Virus genome (UHGV): UHGV-0177730
Strand: one strand, 5' to 3'
DNA: 61,495 bases
Source: a virus
Shown: positions 16,694 to 26,518 of the stretch, one piece after another
Numbering within the stretch: the stretch's first letter is position 1
Layout of the letters: every line of letters starts with the position of its first letter
The notes under the pieces: model-generated
What the model saw: the letters and a program-made list of their open reading frames with translations, nothing else
What the model was told of the DNA's origin: nothing
The model's database searches: none
Made by a program: the position numbers and the translations under genes

Positions 16694-18220
16694 ATGTCCA
16701 TTGATCTGAGCAAGCAATGGCCATCTCTGTTGTCTTATTACGTAGGTATTCCTGCTGATGGCACGGGTACTTACATCGAGAACATCTACAAACTGAGCAA
16801 GCAGAACAAGGCTAATCTTGCTACTAAGCTCGGGCTTCCTGACACGCTGACTGTTGAGGAAGGGGTTTCGGTTGATTTGAAGGAGAAGTTTGCATTCTCA
16901 TACAAGCTCGCGTGCGTGGTGATGCCCGAAGATAAGAAGCCTACGTTTGATGAGTTCATCACGAACAGAACGTCTAATCAGATGAAGTTATCTAAACGTA
17001 TTCTGTCTTATGCCAAGACCAACGGCGGTGCGACTACTAGGATTCTCCTTAGTGGCTTGTATTCCAATGCCTTCCAAATAAAGCTTCGTAAAGAACTGCC
17101 AAAGGTTCCTGAGGCCAGATCATTTATTATGAATACTGACTGTGCTGAAGATGCTTTTGCCACTCAGGATTATGACTACTATGCTGCTATCATTCAGAAC
17201 ATCTATTCTGAAATTGCGTCGGTTAAGAAAGCGACGTATGGTTTCAGCATGGATATGTTCACGATGCTGTCAGCTGGCAGTAGCAACAGTTTCTCGTCAT
17301 GCTTTACGGTTGGAAGATTCAACAGTAAAGGTCCGCTAGACATCGCTCTCTGCCCTTTGACTGGTGTAATCTACAACCGCCAAGGAAAGAACGTCACCGG
17401 TAGAGCTTGGGTTGTCTTTGACAAAGACTTCAATAAGTTTACTGTCATGAAGCCTTACGGGTTTATTGATTACGATGTTATCAAGAAGGTATGCAGTTGG
17501 CTGTGTGCTTTGCTTGATGACAAGGCAGACTGGTCATACATAAACGGGAACGATCAAGATGTTTATCTTTCCCTCGACTACAAACCTGCAGGATGGTATC
17601 TCGATCCCGTTCGTATGTTCTTCTTCTCGTCTACGTCTGATAAGACGAGGAACATTGATGTACGTGGGTGCGTAGAAGCACCTTGTTTGTTATGTGGTAA
17701 GCATCACACCAGATCGACACTCCTTTGCGGTGAATGCGAAGAGACAAGGCTGACTACCTGCAAGCGGTGTAACAAGTTGATGCTTAAGACGGACAGAAAC
17801 AAGATGTATCCTTTGTGCGATAACTGCATTGAGAAGGTTACGTTCTGTCCTGTCTGCGGTGCACAGATGAAGGAAGGTAAGACCTGTCCTAAGTGTTCAT
17901 GGAATAACATGTGCGCTATCTGTGGAACCAAGTCGGATAAACCTTTGCAGTGGATTGAAGGTGTCCCTGTATGTGATAACTGCATCAGTCTTTTGCACAA
18001 GAAGACCTGTGAATGTTGTGGTTCCCATGGTTTAATGTATCCTTATCGTGGTCATGCTTTGTGCAATAACTGTTACCAGCAGTTGTCTTCCCTACCTTCG
18101 TCTTCCATCAGTGAAGCTCAGGTTCACATAAATCCCGACGCCTTGAAAAGATTTGTTACTAACAACACTGACATCAACCTTAGCTGGAACGTCAGCGAAG
18201 GAGATAACAATGAGCATTGA
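16694..18220 (+). CDS. Large protein with a C-terminal array of CxxC zinc-ribbon motifs
   Basis: GGAGG 5 nt upstream of ATG 16694. The last ~170 aa hold at least 8 CxxC pairs (CLLCGK...CGEC...CKRC...CDNC...CPVC...CPKC...CAIC...CDNC...CECC...CNNC). Confidence 0.55.
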   Translation: MSIDLSKQWPSLLSYYVGIPADGTGTYIENIYKLSKQNKANLATKLGLPDTLTVEEGVSVDLKEKFAFSYKLACVVMPEDKKPTFDEFITNRTSNQMKLSKRILSYAKTNGGATTRILLSGLYSNAFQIKLRKELPKVPEARSFIMNTDCAEDAFATQDYDYYAAIIQNIYSEIASVKKATYGFSMDMFTMLSAGSSNSFSSCFTVGRFNSKGPLDIALCPLTGVIYNRQGKNVTGRAWVVFDKDFNKFTVMKPYGFIDYDVIKKVCSWLCALLDDKADWSYINGNDQDVYLSLDYKPAGWYLDPVRMFFFSSTSDKTRNIDVRGCVEAPCLLCGKHHTRSTLLCGECEETRLTTCKRCNKLMLKTDRNKMYPLCDNCIEKVTFCPVCGAQMKEGKTCPKCSWNNMCAICGTKSDKPLQWIEGVPVCDNCISLLHKKTCECCGSHGLMYPYRGHALCNNCYQQLSSLPSSSISEAQVHINPDALKRFVTNNTDINLSWNVSEGDNNEH

Positions 18221-19760
18221 AAGACTCAAGGCAATCCTTCGCATGACGGATGCGGAGGTAATACAGAACATCATTGGTACTCTGACGAGTTCCGACTCTG
18301 GGTACGAAGTATACACTGACGACGAGAACTTCGTCTTCGGTATTCCTACAACTAATACCATATGTCCTGTGCTTTTGCAGGCGCATGTGGATACAAGACG
18401 ACACGCCTCGGTGGATGAACCTCTCATCTTGTGCACCGAGTACGGAGTCATTACGAATGCCAACGGTATCCTTGGCGGTGATGACCGCTGTGGTGTTGCT
18501 GGTATTCTGGACATCATTGAACGCCATACCAGTAAACCATTCGTTCTCTTCACAAACTATGAAGAAACGGGTGGCAAAGGCATGAAGGCTTTCCTCAAGA
18601 CCGGCTACCTCGACAAGTTCGTCGACCATATTTATTGTGTCATTGCCCTTGACCGAAGAGGGCACAATGAGTATGTATACTATAGCCCTACTCTACCGAA
18701 CAAGCTGACGTACTTCCTTGCCAAGCTCGGTTACTATGAGGCCAATGGTTCTTACTCTGACTGCTATGATCTTTGGATGAAGCATGACATCGCTCATGTC
18801 AATCTGTCATGCGGTTATGGTCGGCAACACACAGCCGATGAATTTATCTTGGCTGAAAGCTATGTGTCTTCCATCCTTCGCGCTGATCGTTTGATGCAAA
18901 TGATTGACGAACCCTTCCGTGTAAAGGAACGCTTCACATACCGAAGCGGACACGGGTACTCGTCTATCGCTTACACTATCCCCAAGCCTGCTGACAATGC
19001 TGGTCAGGGAACTGCTGCTCTTGAAATAGTGGGCAGTGAAGAACTTGCATCTGACGATGGCCCTGAATATGTTCAAGGAACTCATGTCCATTCACCTGTT
19101 CACATGCCTCCTGAAGCGGTGTACGCATACTCTGCTGCACCGAAATGCTTCGTATGTGCGCGAGATGACAGGCCGATGGAGTATGACACCAAGAACAGTT
19201 TCTTCATCTGTGAGACGTGCAAGAAACAAATCATGAAACACTTTGACACGGTGACTGTCCCCAACGCTATGGCGTACTACGACTTGCTTGAGGAAGTCCG
19301 GGCCAAGAGCCGAGAGGCTAACAGGAATTTGAACAAGGCCAAGCTCAAGGCGAAGAGTTCTCTTCCTGTGTGTCCGGGATGTGGTGACAATCACCATGTT
19401 ATCTGGTCGAGAAAGGACATAGGGTTTGTGTGCACGTCTTGCTTTGAGTACTCTACTACCGATGGCTACAACGGTAAGTTCTGGGTACGAGGCGACAAGA
19501 AGTTCTTTGTGAAGACAGTGGATGGCAAGCAAATGGTACTGGTGACAGACCTTAAGGGTGAACGTCTTCTGTCAAGTGAAGAGCTGTCGAAGAGCAGTAA
19601 GCTTCACCAGTGCGCTGTCTGCCACGAGCCTCACATCTCCTGCTCTTGTGAAACCATAGGTAAGACAAGAAAGATAAACGTTTATGTTTGTCCATCTTGT
19701 AAACAAGAAGCCTTGGACACACTTCTCAATGACAACCTCCCTCCGTGGGACTTGGACTAG
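18210..19760 (+). CDS. Metal-hydrolase-like N-terminal domain (H-x-D ... DDR ... EE ... H arrangement, resembling M20/M28/M42 peptidases) fused to C-terminal CxxC zinc ribbons
   Basis: AAGGAGA upstream of ATG 18210, which overlaps the previous gene by 11 nt. Motifs: AHVDT, GGDDRCGVAGIL, NYEETGGKG, then CFVCA...CETC, CPGCG...CTSC, CAVCH...CSC...CPSC. Confidence 0.5.
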   Translation: MSIERLKAILRMTDAEVIQNIIGTLTSSDSGYEVYTDDENFVFGIPTTNTICPVLLQAHVDTRRHASVDEPLILCTEYGVITNANGILGGDDRCGVAGILDIIERHTSKPFVLFTNYEETGGKGMKAFLKTGYLDKFVDHIYCVIALDRRGHNEYVYYSPTLPNKLTYFLAKLGYYEANGSYSDCYDLWMKHDIAHVNLSCGYGRQHTADEFILAESYVSSILRADRLMQMIDEPFRVKERFTYRSGHGYSSIAYTIPKPADNAGQGTAALEIVGSEELASDDGPEYVQGTHVHSPVHMPPEAVYAYSAAPKCFVCARDDRPMEYDTKNSFFICETCKKQIMKHFDTVTVPNAMAYYDLLEEVRAKSREANRNLNKAKLKAKSSLPVCPGCGDNHHVIWSRKDIGFVCTSCFEYSTTDGYNGKFWVRGDKKFFVKTVDGKQMVLVTDLKGERLLSSEELSKSSKLHQCAVCHEPHISCSCETIGKTRKINVYVCPSCKQEALDTLLNDNLPPWDLD

Positions 19761-19772
19761 GAGGATTACAAC

Positions 19773-20057
19773 ATGATCGTGTCACGTCGTCCTGAGATTT
19801 GCAATCCTTCTGTTCCCGGTTGTGAATTCAAACTTCCTCTGTACACGGAAGAAGAACAGAAGCGCATTGAAAACATGATCGACTTCCCCGGTGAATACAC
19901 CGCAGACGATTTTCGTTCTGCGCTTGACCTCTGCTTCAAGCGTAGCACGGAAGCGGAAGCTTTCATCCGTTCCCTTCACGACTACACCCTTCGTCTTAAA
20001 GGGGTGTGGCATAGATGGTTGGGTGCTCTTCGTCCGACCGTTGTTCGTAAAAGTTAG
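19773..20057 (+). CDS. Hypothetical protein
   Basis: 94-aa ORF, GGAGG upstream. Confidence 0.4.
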   Translation: MIVSRRPEICNPSVPGCEFKLPLYTEEEQKRIENMIDFPGEYTADDFRSALDLCFKRSTEAEAFIRSLHDYTLRLKGVWHRWLGALRPTVVRKS

Positions 20058-20097
20058 CGTAGCTAACGCTACTTGTAAACCTTAACACGAGGTGCTT

Positions 20098-20436
20098 ATG
20101 CGTAATCGTATCAAGCAGTTCTTTGGCTGGTTGTTCAAAGGTATCAAAGCCCTGTGGCAGATCGGTTGGAAGAAGATCATGGACTTCGTCACCAACATAG
20201 AAGCTGCCAATGAACTACTTGACAAACTGGAAAAGAGTGATTACGTAATCATTCCTGAGAAGATGTCAAGGGTTCACAAGGCTGTGTCCTTTGTGTCCGG
20301 ATGTTGTCACAGTTTCTTTAACAGATTCCTTAAGAGGACTGACAAAGAGTACAAGCTGCTTGACATAGACATCCCTAAGAACTGGATGCGAGGGAAGAGA
20401 AGACGTTTAAGCGACGTTGAGCTGCTTGCTCTCTAG
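20098..20436 (+). CDS. Hypothetical protein
   Basis: GAGGTG upstream of ATG 20098 (track starts at GTG 20092). Confidence 0.4.
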   Translation: MRNRIKQFFGWLFKGIKALWQIGWKKIMDFVTNIEAANELLDKLEKSDYVIIPEKMSRVHKAVSFVSGCCHSFFNRFLKRTDKEYKLLDIDIPKNWMRGKRRRLSDVELLAL

Positions 20437-20687
20437 TGTAGGTTTTAAGCCTCGTTTACTATGAAGATGAACTATGAGTCATCTTTTAACTAAACGTGTC
20501 TTAGAATCAATCCTCGTGCGTTTAAACGGTATATCTAACCATAACCGAGGGACGTAGAAATGTAATGCAAACAGAACATCAACAACAGAGTAGTCATATT
20601 ATACGTCTCTGACGTAAAGGCAAGACATGAACTCATGTTTAGAGACATGGATGTATCAGCTTGTAACCATAACAGAGACGCAAGAGT

Positions 20688-21590
20688 ATGGCTGTTAGGC
20701 GAGAGGAGCTTGAGAAGTTCCTTGATTACAACGCACCTATGGACGTGCCAGTAAGACAAGCCTACTGTCCTTTCTGTGAACCAGATAAGGTAACCAGTCA
20801 TGGCTTTGTTGTGACACGTAAGAGGAATGGGTTCAGTATGTGGTGTCATAGGTGCCACACTAAATACTGGTACCCAGTTAAAAGCCCATCATCTAGCGCG
20901 ATCTTAAGTGAATTGCATCGAAGAGCAGTGGGCAATAAAGACAATGCCAGTGTCGTAACGAAGAAAGTCACTCTCCCGTCAGACTTTACTGCTGACATTC
21001 CCGCGTCAGGTTTGCTGTGGTTACGTACCTACGGTGTCAGTGAGGATGAGATACGCCGTTATCATTTTGGGTACAGCCCCAGACTAGATAGGTTAATCCT
21101 TCCTGTGTTCCGGGATGGAGAGCTGGTCTTTTGGCAGGGCCGCAACCTTTCTTCAGACACATCCAGACCTAAGTACATGAACGTGAGATCACAAAGGTCA
21201 GATATCGTTCTGTTTGTAAATAACCAAACATCGAAGGTCGTACTCGTCGAGGATATTCTTTCATGCCTCGCAGTAGCTAGGGCCGGTGTGAGTGCTGTTG
21301 CTCTACTTGGAAGCTACGTGAAGATGGATCTTTTACGTGATGTTCTGGCGGACGCAGATATAGAGTGTATAAAGGTCTGGCTTGATCCCGACAAAAGACA
21401 AGAGGCCTGCAAGTACGCAAAGCAATTGCGTGCGCTTGGTTACAGCGCAAGTCCAGTTGTGCTGGCACACCAAGACCCTAAGTGTTATAAACCCGAAGAA
21501 GTCCAACGCTTCGTAGGAGGTGCGACATGTTCGGATTCGGAAAGAAAACCTACGATGGACCTACGTGGAAGGACGTGTCCATCGGTGTGA
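20688..21590 (+). CDS. DNA primase (zinc-binding domain plus TOPRIM)
   Basis: N-terminal CPFC...CHRCH zinc finger. TOPRIM-like VVLVEDILSCLAVARAG and WLDPDK. Confidence 0.75.
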   Translation: MAVRREELEKFLDYNAPMDVPVRQAYCPFCEPDKVTSHGFVVTRKRNGFSMWCHRCHTKYWYPVKSPSSSAILSELHRRAVGNKDNASVVTKKVTLPSDFTADIPASGLLWLRTYGVSEDEIRRYHFGYSPRLDRLILPVFRDGELVFWQGRNLSSDTSRPKYMNVRSQRSDIVLFVNNQTSKVVLVEDILSCLAVARAGVSAVALLGSYVKMDLLRDVLADADIECIKVWLDPDKRQEACKYAKQLRALGYSASPVVLAHQDPKCYKPEEVQRFVGGATCSDSERKPTMDLRGRTCPSV

Positions 21591-21724
21591 CCATTGGCAA
21601 GAAGACCATGAGCATCTTCGAGATCATTCGTAAGCTGTTCTGGAACGTGATCAACATCATCAGCAACGCCCGATCTATCTGGCGTACTTTGTGTAAAGCA
21701 GCTAAGGAGGCGTGTCATGCTTAG
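21527..21724 (+). CDS. Small hypothetical protein overlapping the primase 3' end
   Basis: GGAGGTG upstream of ATG 21527. Confidence 0.3.
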   Translation: MFGFGKKTYDGPTWKDVSIGVTIGKKTMSIFEIIRKLFWNVINIISNARSIWRTLCKAAKEACHA

Positions 21725-22004
21725 CTTCAACGCTAAGACTGTCTCTTTCATGCAGTCTTCCTCTTCCTCCGGGTATGAAGTACAGCGTACCCTGTCTCGT
21801 AAGCGTAACCAGCTGTCGAACTTATACGACAAGGAACTGGTCGTGTGTGATCAGTGTGAAACTCTTTTTACAGACAAGCTTAAGGACATGCCGTGTCCTA
21901 AGTGTGGTTCTAGTAGTCACAGAGGTCATACATATAACACTACAAGTCTTGAATTTCTTGACAACATCAGGATGAGCTCGTTCGACTACGCCATGGCTGC
22001 CTAA
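21717..22004 (+). CDS. Small zinc-ribbon protein
   Basis: AAGGAGG upstream. Contains CDQCE...CPKCG. Confidence 0.4.
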   Translation: MLSFNAKTVSFMQSSSSSGYEVQRTLSRKRNQLSNLYDKELVVCDQCETLFTDKLKDMPCPKCGSSSHRGHTYNTTSLEFLDNIRMSSFDYAMAA

Positions 22005-22354
22005 CAAATGTGCGGACAGGTGCTTGACAAGCAGGTATTTGATCTTATACCTATAGTACTATAGGTTACTTAACAGGTAAACCTAAATATAAAACCTTTA
22101 GGTTAATATATTAAGTATCTTAATAAGTATCCTTGACTTTACTTAATTAAGTATTATAATATATCTAAGTATATCTTAGCCGTTACTTAACCTTACTTAA
22201 GTATAATATCTTAAATAACCTACTACGTAAAATACCTTAATAAATATATTATCCTAAGACTAAACCTAACTCTTAATTCATAAGTACTATAGGTAACTAA
22301 TGCCCTGAACATTAAGACTATATTTCTTCTGAATTAGTAGGTTGACCTTAACTC
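22005..22354. repeat. AT-rich intergenic region with iterated CTTAAT/TAAGTAT-type motifs, an 18-bp perfect palindrome (22049-22066) and two copies of GTACTATAGGTnACT (22055-22069, 22284-22298)
   Basis: Seen directly. Candidate replication origin or regulatory hub upstream of the helicase. Confidence 0.5.
22133..22160 (+). promoter_or_regulatory. Strong sigma70-like promoter TTGACT-N16-TATAAT
   Basis: ccTTGACTttacttaattaagtatTATAATat. Confidence 0.6.
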
Positions 22355-22372
22355 TTGAACAAGCAAGGCACT

Positions 22373-23752
22373 ATGAACATTGAGGAAATATCCCTTGTTT
22401 TGTTCTTGTTAAGCAAAGAAAACTTTGATAAGTATTTTAAATTCATCTTTGAGTTGAACCTTGAACTTGAAACTAAGAACTTTCTGAAAACAATTAAGGA
22501 ATATTTCTCTGAATATCCTGACAAAGAAGTCCTTAGTGTTGAAGAATTACTTGTTTTCTTTTCAGTGAAGCACCCTATTCTGAAGAAGAGAACATCTTAT
22601 TCTGCTTACCTTGAGCGTTTAGGTTCAACTGAGATTGATAATAAAGTACTTGAAGAAAACTTAAACCACTTTCTTGAGAAATATTTTGCAAGTGAGATGG
22701 TATTTAAGTTGACTGAAGTTCTTGACGGTGATTCATACTCTGTCCTTGACGAAGTACAGGATATGTTATCCGAGTTCAATGAACGCAAAGTGAAGCTTAA
22801 CAAAGATGAAGACCAACTATTTGTAAAGTCTAACTTGACTGAGCTCTTACAAGAAGAAGTACATGAAGCTGGATTACGATGGCGCTTGTCATGCCTGAAC
22901 GAAAGCATCGGAGAACTAAGAGGTGGTAGCCTTGGTCACGTATTTGCTAGAGTCGATACAGGTAAGACATCGTTTATTGTATCAGAAGTTTCTAACTTTG
23001 CATCGCAGTTGAAGGATGATGAAGTTATACTCTGGTGTAACAACGAAGAGAAAGGCAAGCGAGTTCTCTTTCGTATCTATCAGTCAGTGCTTAAGTGCAG
23101 TAAGGCTGATCTTGTAAACTATCCTGCTGATGCAGAAGAAGAGTTCATCAAACTAGGTGGACACAAGATAAAAATCTATGATCAAGCTATCATCACCGTC
23201 GAAGATATTGAACAGTTAATGAAGACATACAACGTTCGTCTATTGGTTATTGACCAAGGTGACAAGGTTCGTTTCTCTGGTGACAGAGATATGTCAACTG
23301 TTGAAAGACTTAAAGCTGTGTACGGTAAGTTCCGTGAACTCGCTAAGTCATACGACTGTGATGTTATTGCTGTTGGTCAGGCGTCAGCTTCAGCCGAAGG
23401 GTTGAAGTGGTTGAAAACTTCTGACATGGACAACAGCAAGACCGGTAAGCCCGGTGAGCTTGACTATGCAATTGGGATAGGAAAATCATTTGATGATGTT
23501 GACAATCCTGTTTGCAGTATTAGATATATATCTCTGTGTAAGAACAAGATGAATGAAGGTAAGCATGGCAGATATGAAGTAGTGTTCAATGCTTCATGTG
23601 CCTTGTATACTGACAAGGCATCAGGTAGCTTCTCCGAAGTGTCGAAGTCCGACGACCAGTCTCACCAAGGTTCTGGCTCACCTGAAGTTAAGTCCACCTT
23701 CAAGTCACTCTTGTCTGAGATATATGGGAACCCTAACTTGGAACAGAAGTAA
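22373..23752 (+). CDS. DnaB-family replicative helicase
   Basis: Walker A FARVDTGKTSF, Walker B-like LLVIDQGD, H4-like VIAVGQAS. The ATG at 22373 is preferred over the TTG at 22355. Confidence 0.75.
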   Translation: MNIEEISLVLFLLSKENFDKYFKFIFELNLELETKNFLKTIKEYFSEYPDKEVLSVEELLVFFSVKHPILKKRTSYSAYLERLGSTEIDNKVLEENLNHFLEKYFASEMVFKLTEVLDGDSYSVLDEVQDMLSEFNERKVKLNKDEDQLFVKSNLTELLQEEVHEAGLRWRLSCLNESIGELRGGSLGHVFARVDTGKTSFIVSEVSNFASQLKDDEVILWCNNEEKGKRVLFRIYQSVLKCSKADLVNYPADAEEEFIKLGGHKIKIYDQAIITVEDIEQLMKTYNVRLLVIDQGDKVRFSGDRDMSTVERLKAVYGKFRELAKSYDCDVIAVGQASASAEGLKWLKTSDMDNSKTGKPGELDYAIGIGKSFDDVDNPVCSIRYISLCKNKMNEGKHGRYEVVFNASCALYTDKASGSFSEVSKSDDQSHQGSGSPEVKSTFKSLLSEIYGNPNLEQK

Positions 23753-23754
23753 AC

Positions 23755-23967
23755 ATGTCCGTATTCACTAACAAAGTTATTGCTCAGGCTGATATCGCTT
23801 TCGAAGAGTTTGTTGCTAAGTTGGAACAGGAAACTGGTCTTGCTCTGCGCGATCTCTCCCTCGTCGACATGCTCACCGCTCTCAAGAACTATACGAAGGC
23901 TGCTGCCTCTGCTGCGTCTTTCTCTCTTGATGAGCCTGAAGTGACGACGAACAAGCCGAGCAAGTAA
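23755..23967 (+). CDS. Small hypothetical protein
   Basis: 70-aa ORF between the helicase and polymerase genes. Confidence 0.35.
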   Translation: MSVFTNKVIAQADIAFEEFVAKLEQETGLALRDLSLVDMLTALKNYTKAAASAASFSLDEPEVTTNKPSK

Positions 23968-23968
23968 T

Positions 23969-25933
23969 ATGCCTTACGCGGTACTCGACATAGAATGTTC
24001 TAAAGCACCGAAGCACATGCCTTGGACAGTAGGTTCCTTTTTGTGCTCTGTTGGAATTGAACGTCAGGACGGTACCTCAACTGTGTGGTTCTTCAATCCG
24101 AATGACAGACCACATGAAGAACTTCTTGCTGAAATCCAACAAGAGATTGACAGCGTTGACTTCTTGATTGGACACAACACTAAGTTCGACTTGAACTGGT
24201 TGAAGTGGATTGGTTTGAATGTCAAGGACAAGCCAGTCTGGTGTACGATGGTAGCTGACTATCTCATAAATGGTCAGCGTAAACTTGAGTATAGTTTGAA
24301 TGCTGTTGCCAAACGCTATGGCTTAGGTCATAAGCTCGATGCTATGGCTATGTATTGGCAAGCTGGATATGAGACGGATGAGATTCCGTTAGAGATTCAT
24401 GAAGACTATCTCAAGCAGGACGTACATCTTACACATGACGTGTTCAAGAAACAACTCACGCTCATTGAGCGTGCAAGCCTTGGCAAGATAACGGAACTTT
24501 CTTTCCGTCTAACCCAGATCCTTTCTGACATGGAAGTATCTGGTGCAGCCTTCGACAAAGAAGAAGCTATTGCTTACTGTAACCAAACGCGTGAACAGGT
24601 TAAAGCAATGGACAAGACGCTGGTCGATCTGGCTGGTATTGACTTTACTCCCTCCTCTGCTTCACAACTCAGTGCTGTTTTATTTGGTGGTTCTTGGAAG
24701 AAAGAAGTTCCTGAACTTGTAGCTCGTCAGCTAAAGAGCGGTAAGTTTAAGATCACCACACGTAAGACTAAGATTGAGATTCCTATCAAGGGACTTGGCT
24801 TTAAAGTTCCAGACGGCTGCTTGTCTAAGAAGACTGGCTTGCCTTCAACTGATAAGAACACGCTTGATTTGTTAAAGTCTCGTGACAAACGCTCTGAGTC
24901 CTTTCTTCAAACACTACGAGATCAGAAGAAGCTGATGAAAGTAGTGTCTTCAATTGCTGGTTCTAAAGAAGAGAAAGAGGCAGGATTGATTGCTGTCATC
25001 GGTAAAGACGACAGGCTTCATCCTTCCTTTAACCAGTGCATTACACGTACAGGTAGACTCTCTTCTTCAAATCCTAACGGGCAGAACTTTCCTCGTAATG
25101 GTACCAGCCCCATCAAAACATTCTTTAAAAGCAAACAAGGGGTTATTGTAAACATTGACTTAGCTCAGATTGAATGGCGTATAGCTGCTGAGTTAAGCCG
25201 AGATCCAGTTATGCTTCATGAGTTGAATGAAGGTCTGGATATTCATTCTGATAATGCTTTACGTTTCTTCGGTGCAGACAAGTATCCACGAGATTCAGCA
25301 GAGTTTAAAAGACTTCGTACTACTGCAAAAACAATGTCGTTCCGTCTTTTGTACGGTGGTTCAGCCTCTGGATTCTATAGAGATCAACGGATGCCTGACT
25401 ACAGTTTAAAGAAATGGAAAGAAATTGTTGCAGCTTTCTACCAAAAGTACCAAGGACTTAAGAAGTGGCAAGACACAAACGTGCAACTTGCTAAGTCGCA
25501 AGGGTATCTTCGTAATCCATCTGGACGTGTACTTACGTTTGATAACATGATGGGTTATGATGGTGTAGAAACTGTTGATGAAAAGCAAGTGTCAAACTAC
25601 CCGGTACAATCTGGGTCAACTGACATTATGTATTTGCTTATGTGGAAGTTGCTTACACGTACACAAGAATATAAACTTCTTGCTAAGTTTATTCTTCAAG
25701 TGCATGACTCTATGGTATTTGATTCTCCCATCGAAGAAGCAGAGACGTTATGTCGTGAAGCTCTCAAACTGATACATAGTCTTCCTCAACTTGCTAAAGA
25801 ATACTTTGGTTGGGATATTGTGGTACCCTTGACAGGAGATTGTGAAATAGGGTATGACTATGGTAACATGAAAGCGATCAAGGAAGAAGATATGGATAAG
25901 ATCTTCGCAGATCTTCCTGCCTTCCTCTCTTGA
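23969..25933 (+). CDS. Family A DNA polymerase with 3'-5' exonuclease domain
   Basis: Exo motifs AVLDIEC and YLKQDVHLTHDVF. Pol motifs RTGRLSSSNPNGQNFPR, KTMSFRLLYGG, LQVHDSMVFD. Confidence 0.9.
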   Translation: MPYAVLDIECSKAPKHMPWTVGSFLCSVGIERQDGTSTVWFFNPNDRPHEELLAEIQQEIDSVDFLIGHNTKFDLNWLKWIGLNVKDKPVWCTMVADYLINGQRKLEYSLNAVAKRYGLGHKLDAMAMYWQAGYETDEIPLEIHEDYLKQDVHLTHDVFKKQLTLIERASLGKITELSFRLTQILSDMEVSGAAFDKEEAIAYCNQTREQVKAMDKTLVDLAGIDFTPSSASQLSAVLFGGSWKKEVPELVARQLKSGKFKITTRKTKIEIPIKGLGFKVPDGCLSKKTGLPSTDKNTLDLLKSRDKRSESFLQTLRDQKKLMKVVSSIAGSKEEKEAGLIAVIGKDDRLHPSFNQCITRTGRLSSSNPNGQNFPRNGTSPIKTFFKSKQGVIVNIDLAQIEWRIAAELSRDPVMLHELNEGLDIHSDNALRFFGADKYPRDSAEFKRLRTTAKTMSFRLLYGGSASGFYRDQRMPDYSLKKWKEIVAAFYQKYQGLKKWQDTNVQLAKSQGYLRNPSGRVLTFDNMMGYDGVETVDEKQVSNYPVQSGSTDIMYLLMWKLLTRTQEYKLLAKFILQVHDSMVFDSPIEEAETLCREALKLIHSLPQLAKEYFGWDIVVPLTGDCEIGYDYGNMKAIKEEDMDKIFADLPAFLS

Positions 25934-25992
25934 CAAATCTTCTTTCATGTTTATCTTTCTTTTATACGCGCGTGAAAACATAGGAAAAGTCC

Positions 25993-26424
25993 ATGTGGTT
26001 TATTTTCGATAGCATCGAACTGAAACATGATCTGGTGTCAAGGGCTGGTCGTACCTTTACTGGTTACGTACTCAAAGGAGAACGCAAGGGTTATGACAAG
26101 GAACCCAATACTCCTTATGAAAAGATTCTCTTTGAGAACACTGCTACCACAGTAATCGAGAAGGGTATCGAACGTCCTAACTGTTCTATTGTACAGTTCT
26201 TCCAGAAGGCATGTTCTCCGGGTGACGTTGTCATCATAAAGTTCGTTCGCAGAGGTGGTAATATGTGGGATATTGCTTCCGTTGAAAAGCTCGGTGAGAG
26301 CAGAAACCTTCCCACGTATGAACCGTTGACAGAAGAGCAAGCAAAAGCTCTCAAGTCGCAAGGCGTTGCAGGTAGTGAGGCCGCGTTGGCTGCTACCAGT
26401 GGAACTCCTGCTTGGGTAAGATAA
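25993..26424 (+). CDS. Hypothetical protein (position suggests a replication accessory role)
   Basis: 143-aa ORF; no motif recognised. Confidence 0.4.
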   Translation: MWFIFDSIELKHDLVSRAGRTFTGYVLKGERKGYDKEPNTPYEKILFENTATTVIEKGIERPNCSIVQFFQKACSPGDVVIIKFVRRGGNMWDIASVEKLGESRNLPTYEPLTEEQAKALKSQGVAGSEAALAATSGTPAWVR

Positions 26425-26439
26425 ATTAGCTTAACTCAA

Positions 26440-26509
26440 AAGAGGCCAGTCTATTGATGTGAATATGTAACTTGACAACATATACATCATATACTGGCCT
26501 TTTCTTTTT
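26440..26509 (+). terminator. Long interrupted hairpin followed by a T-run (terminator and/or RNase III-type site)
   Basis: aagaggccagt ... actggcc followed by ttttcttttt. The inner arms gatgtgaatatgt / acatatacatcat are imperfectly complementary. Confidence 0.55.
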
Positions 26510-26518
26510 AGGAGTGTT

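Noticed and set aside
22048-22300. T7-class phage promoters (ACTATAGG core) implying a phage RNAP
   Set aside because: Only two copies were found, both within the AT-rich origin-like region, and no RNAP gene is present. I treat them as possible origin or regulatory motifs rather than phage promoters.
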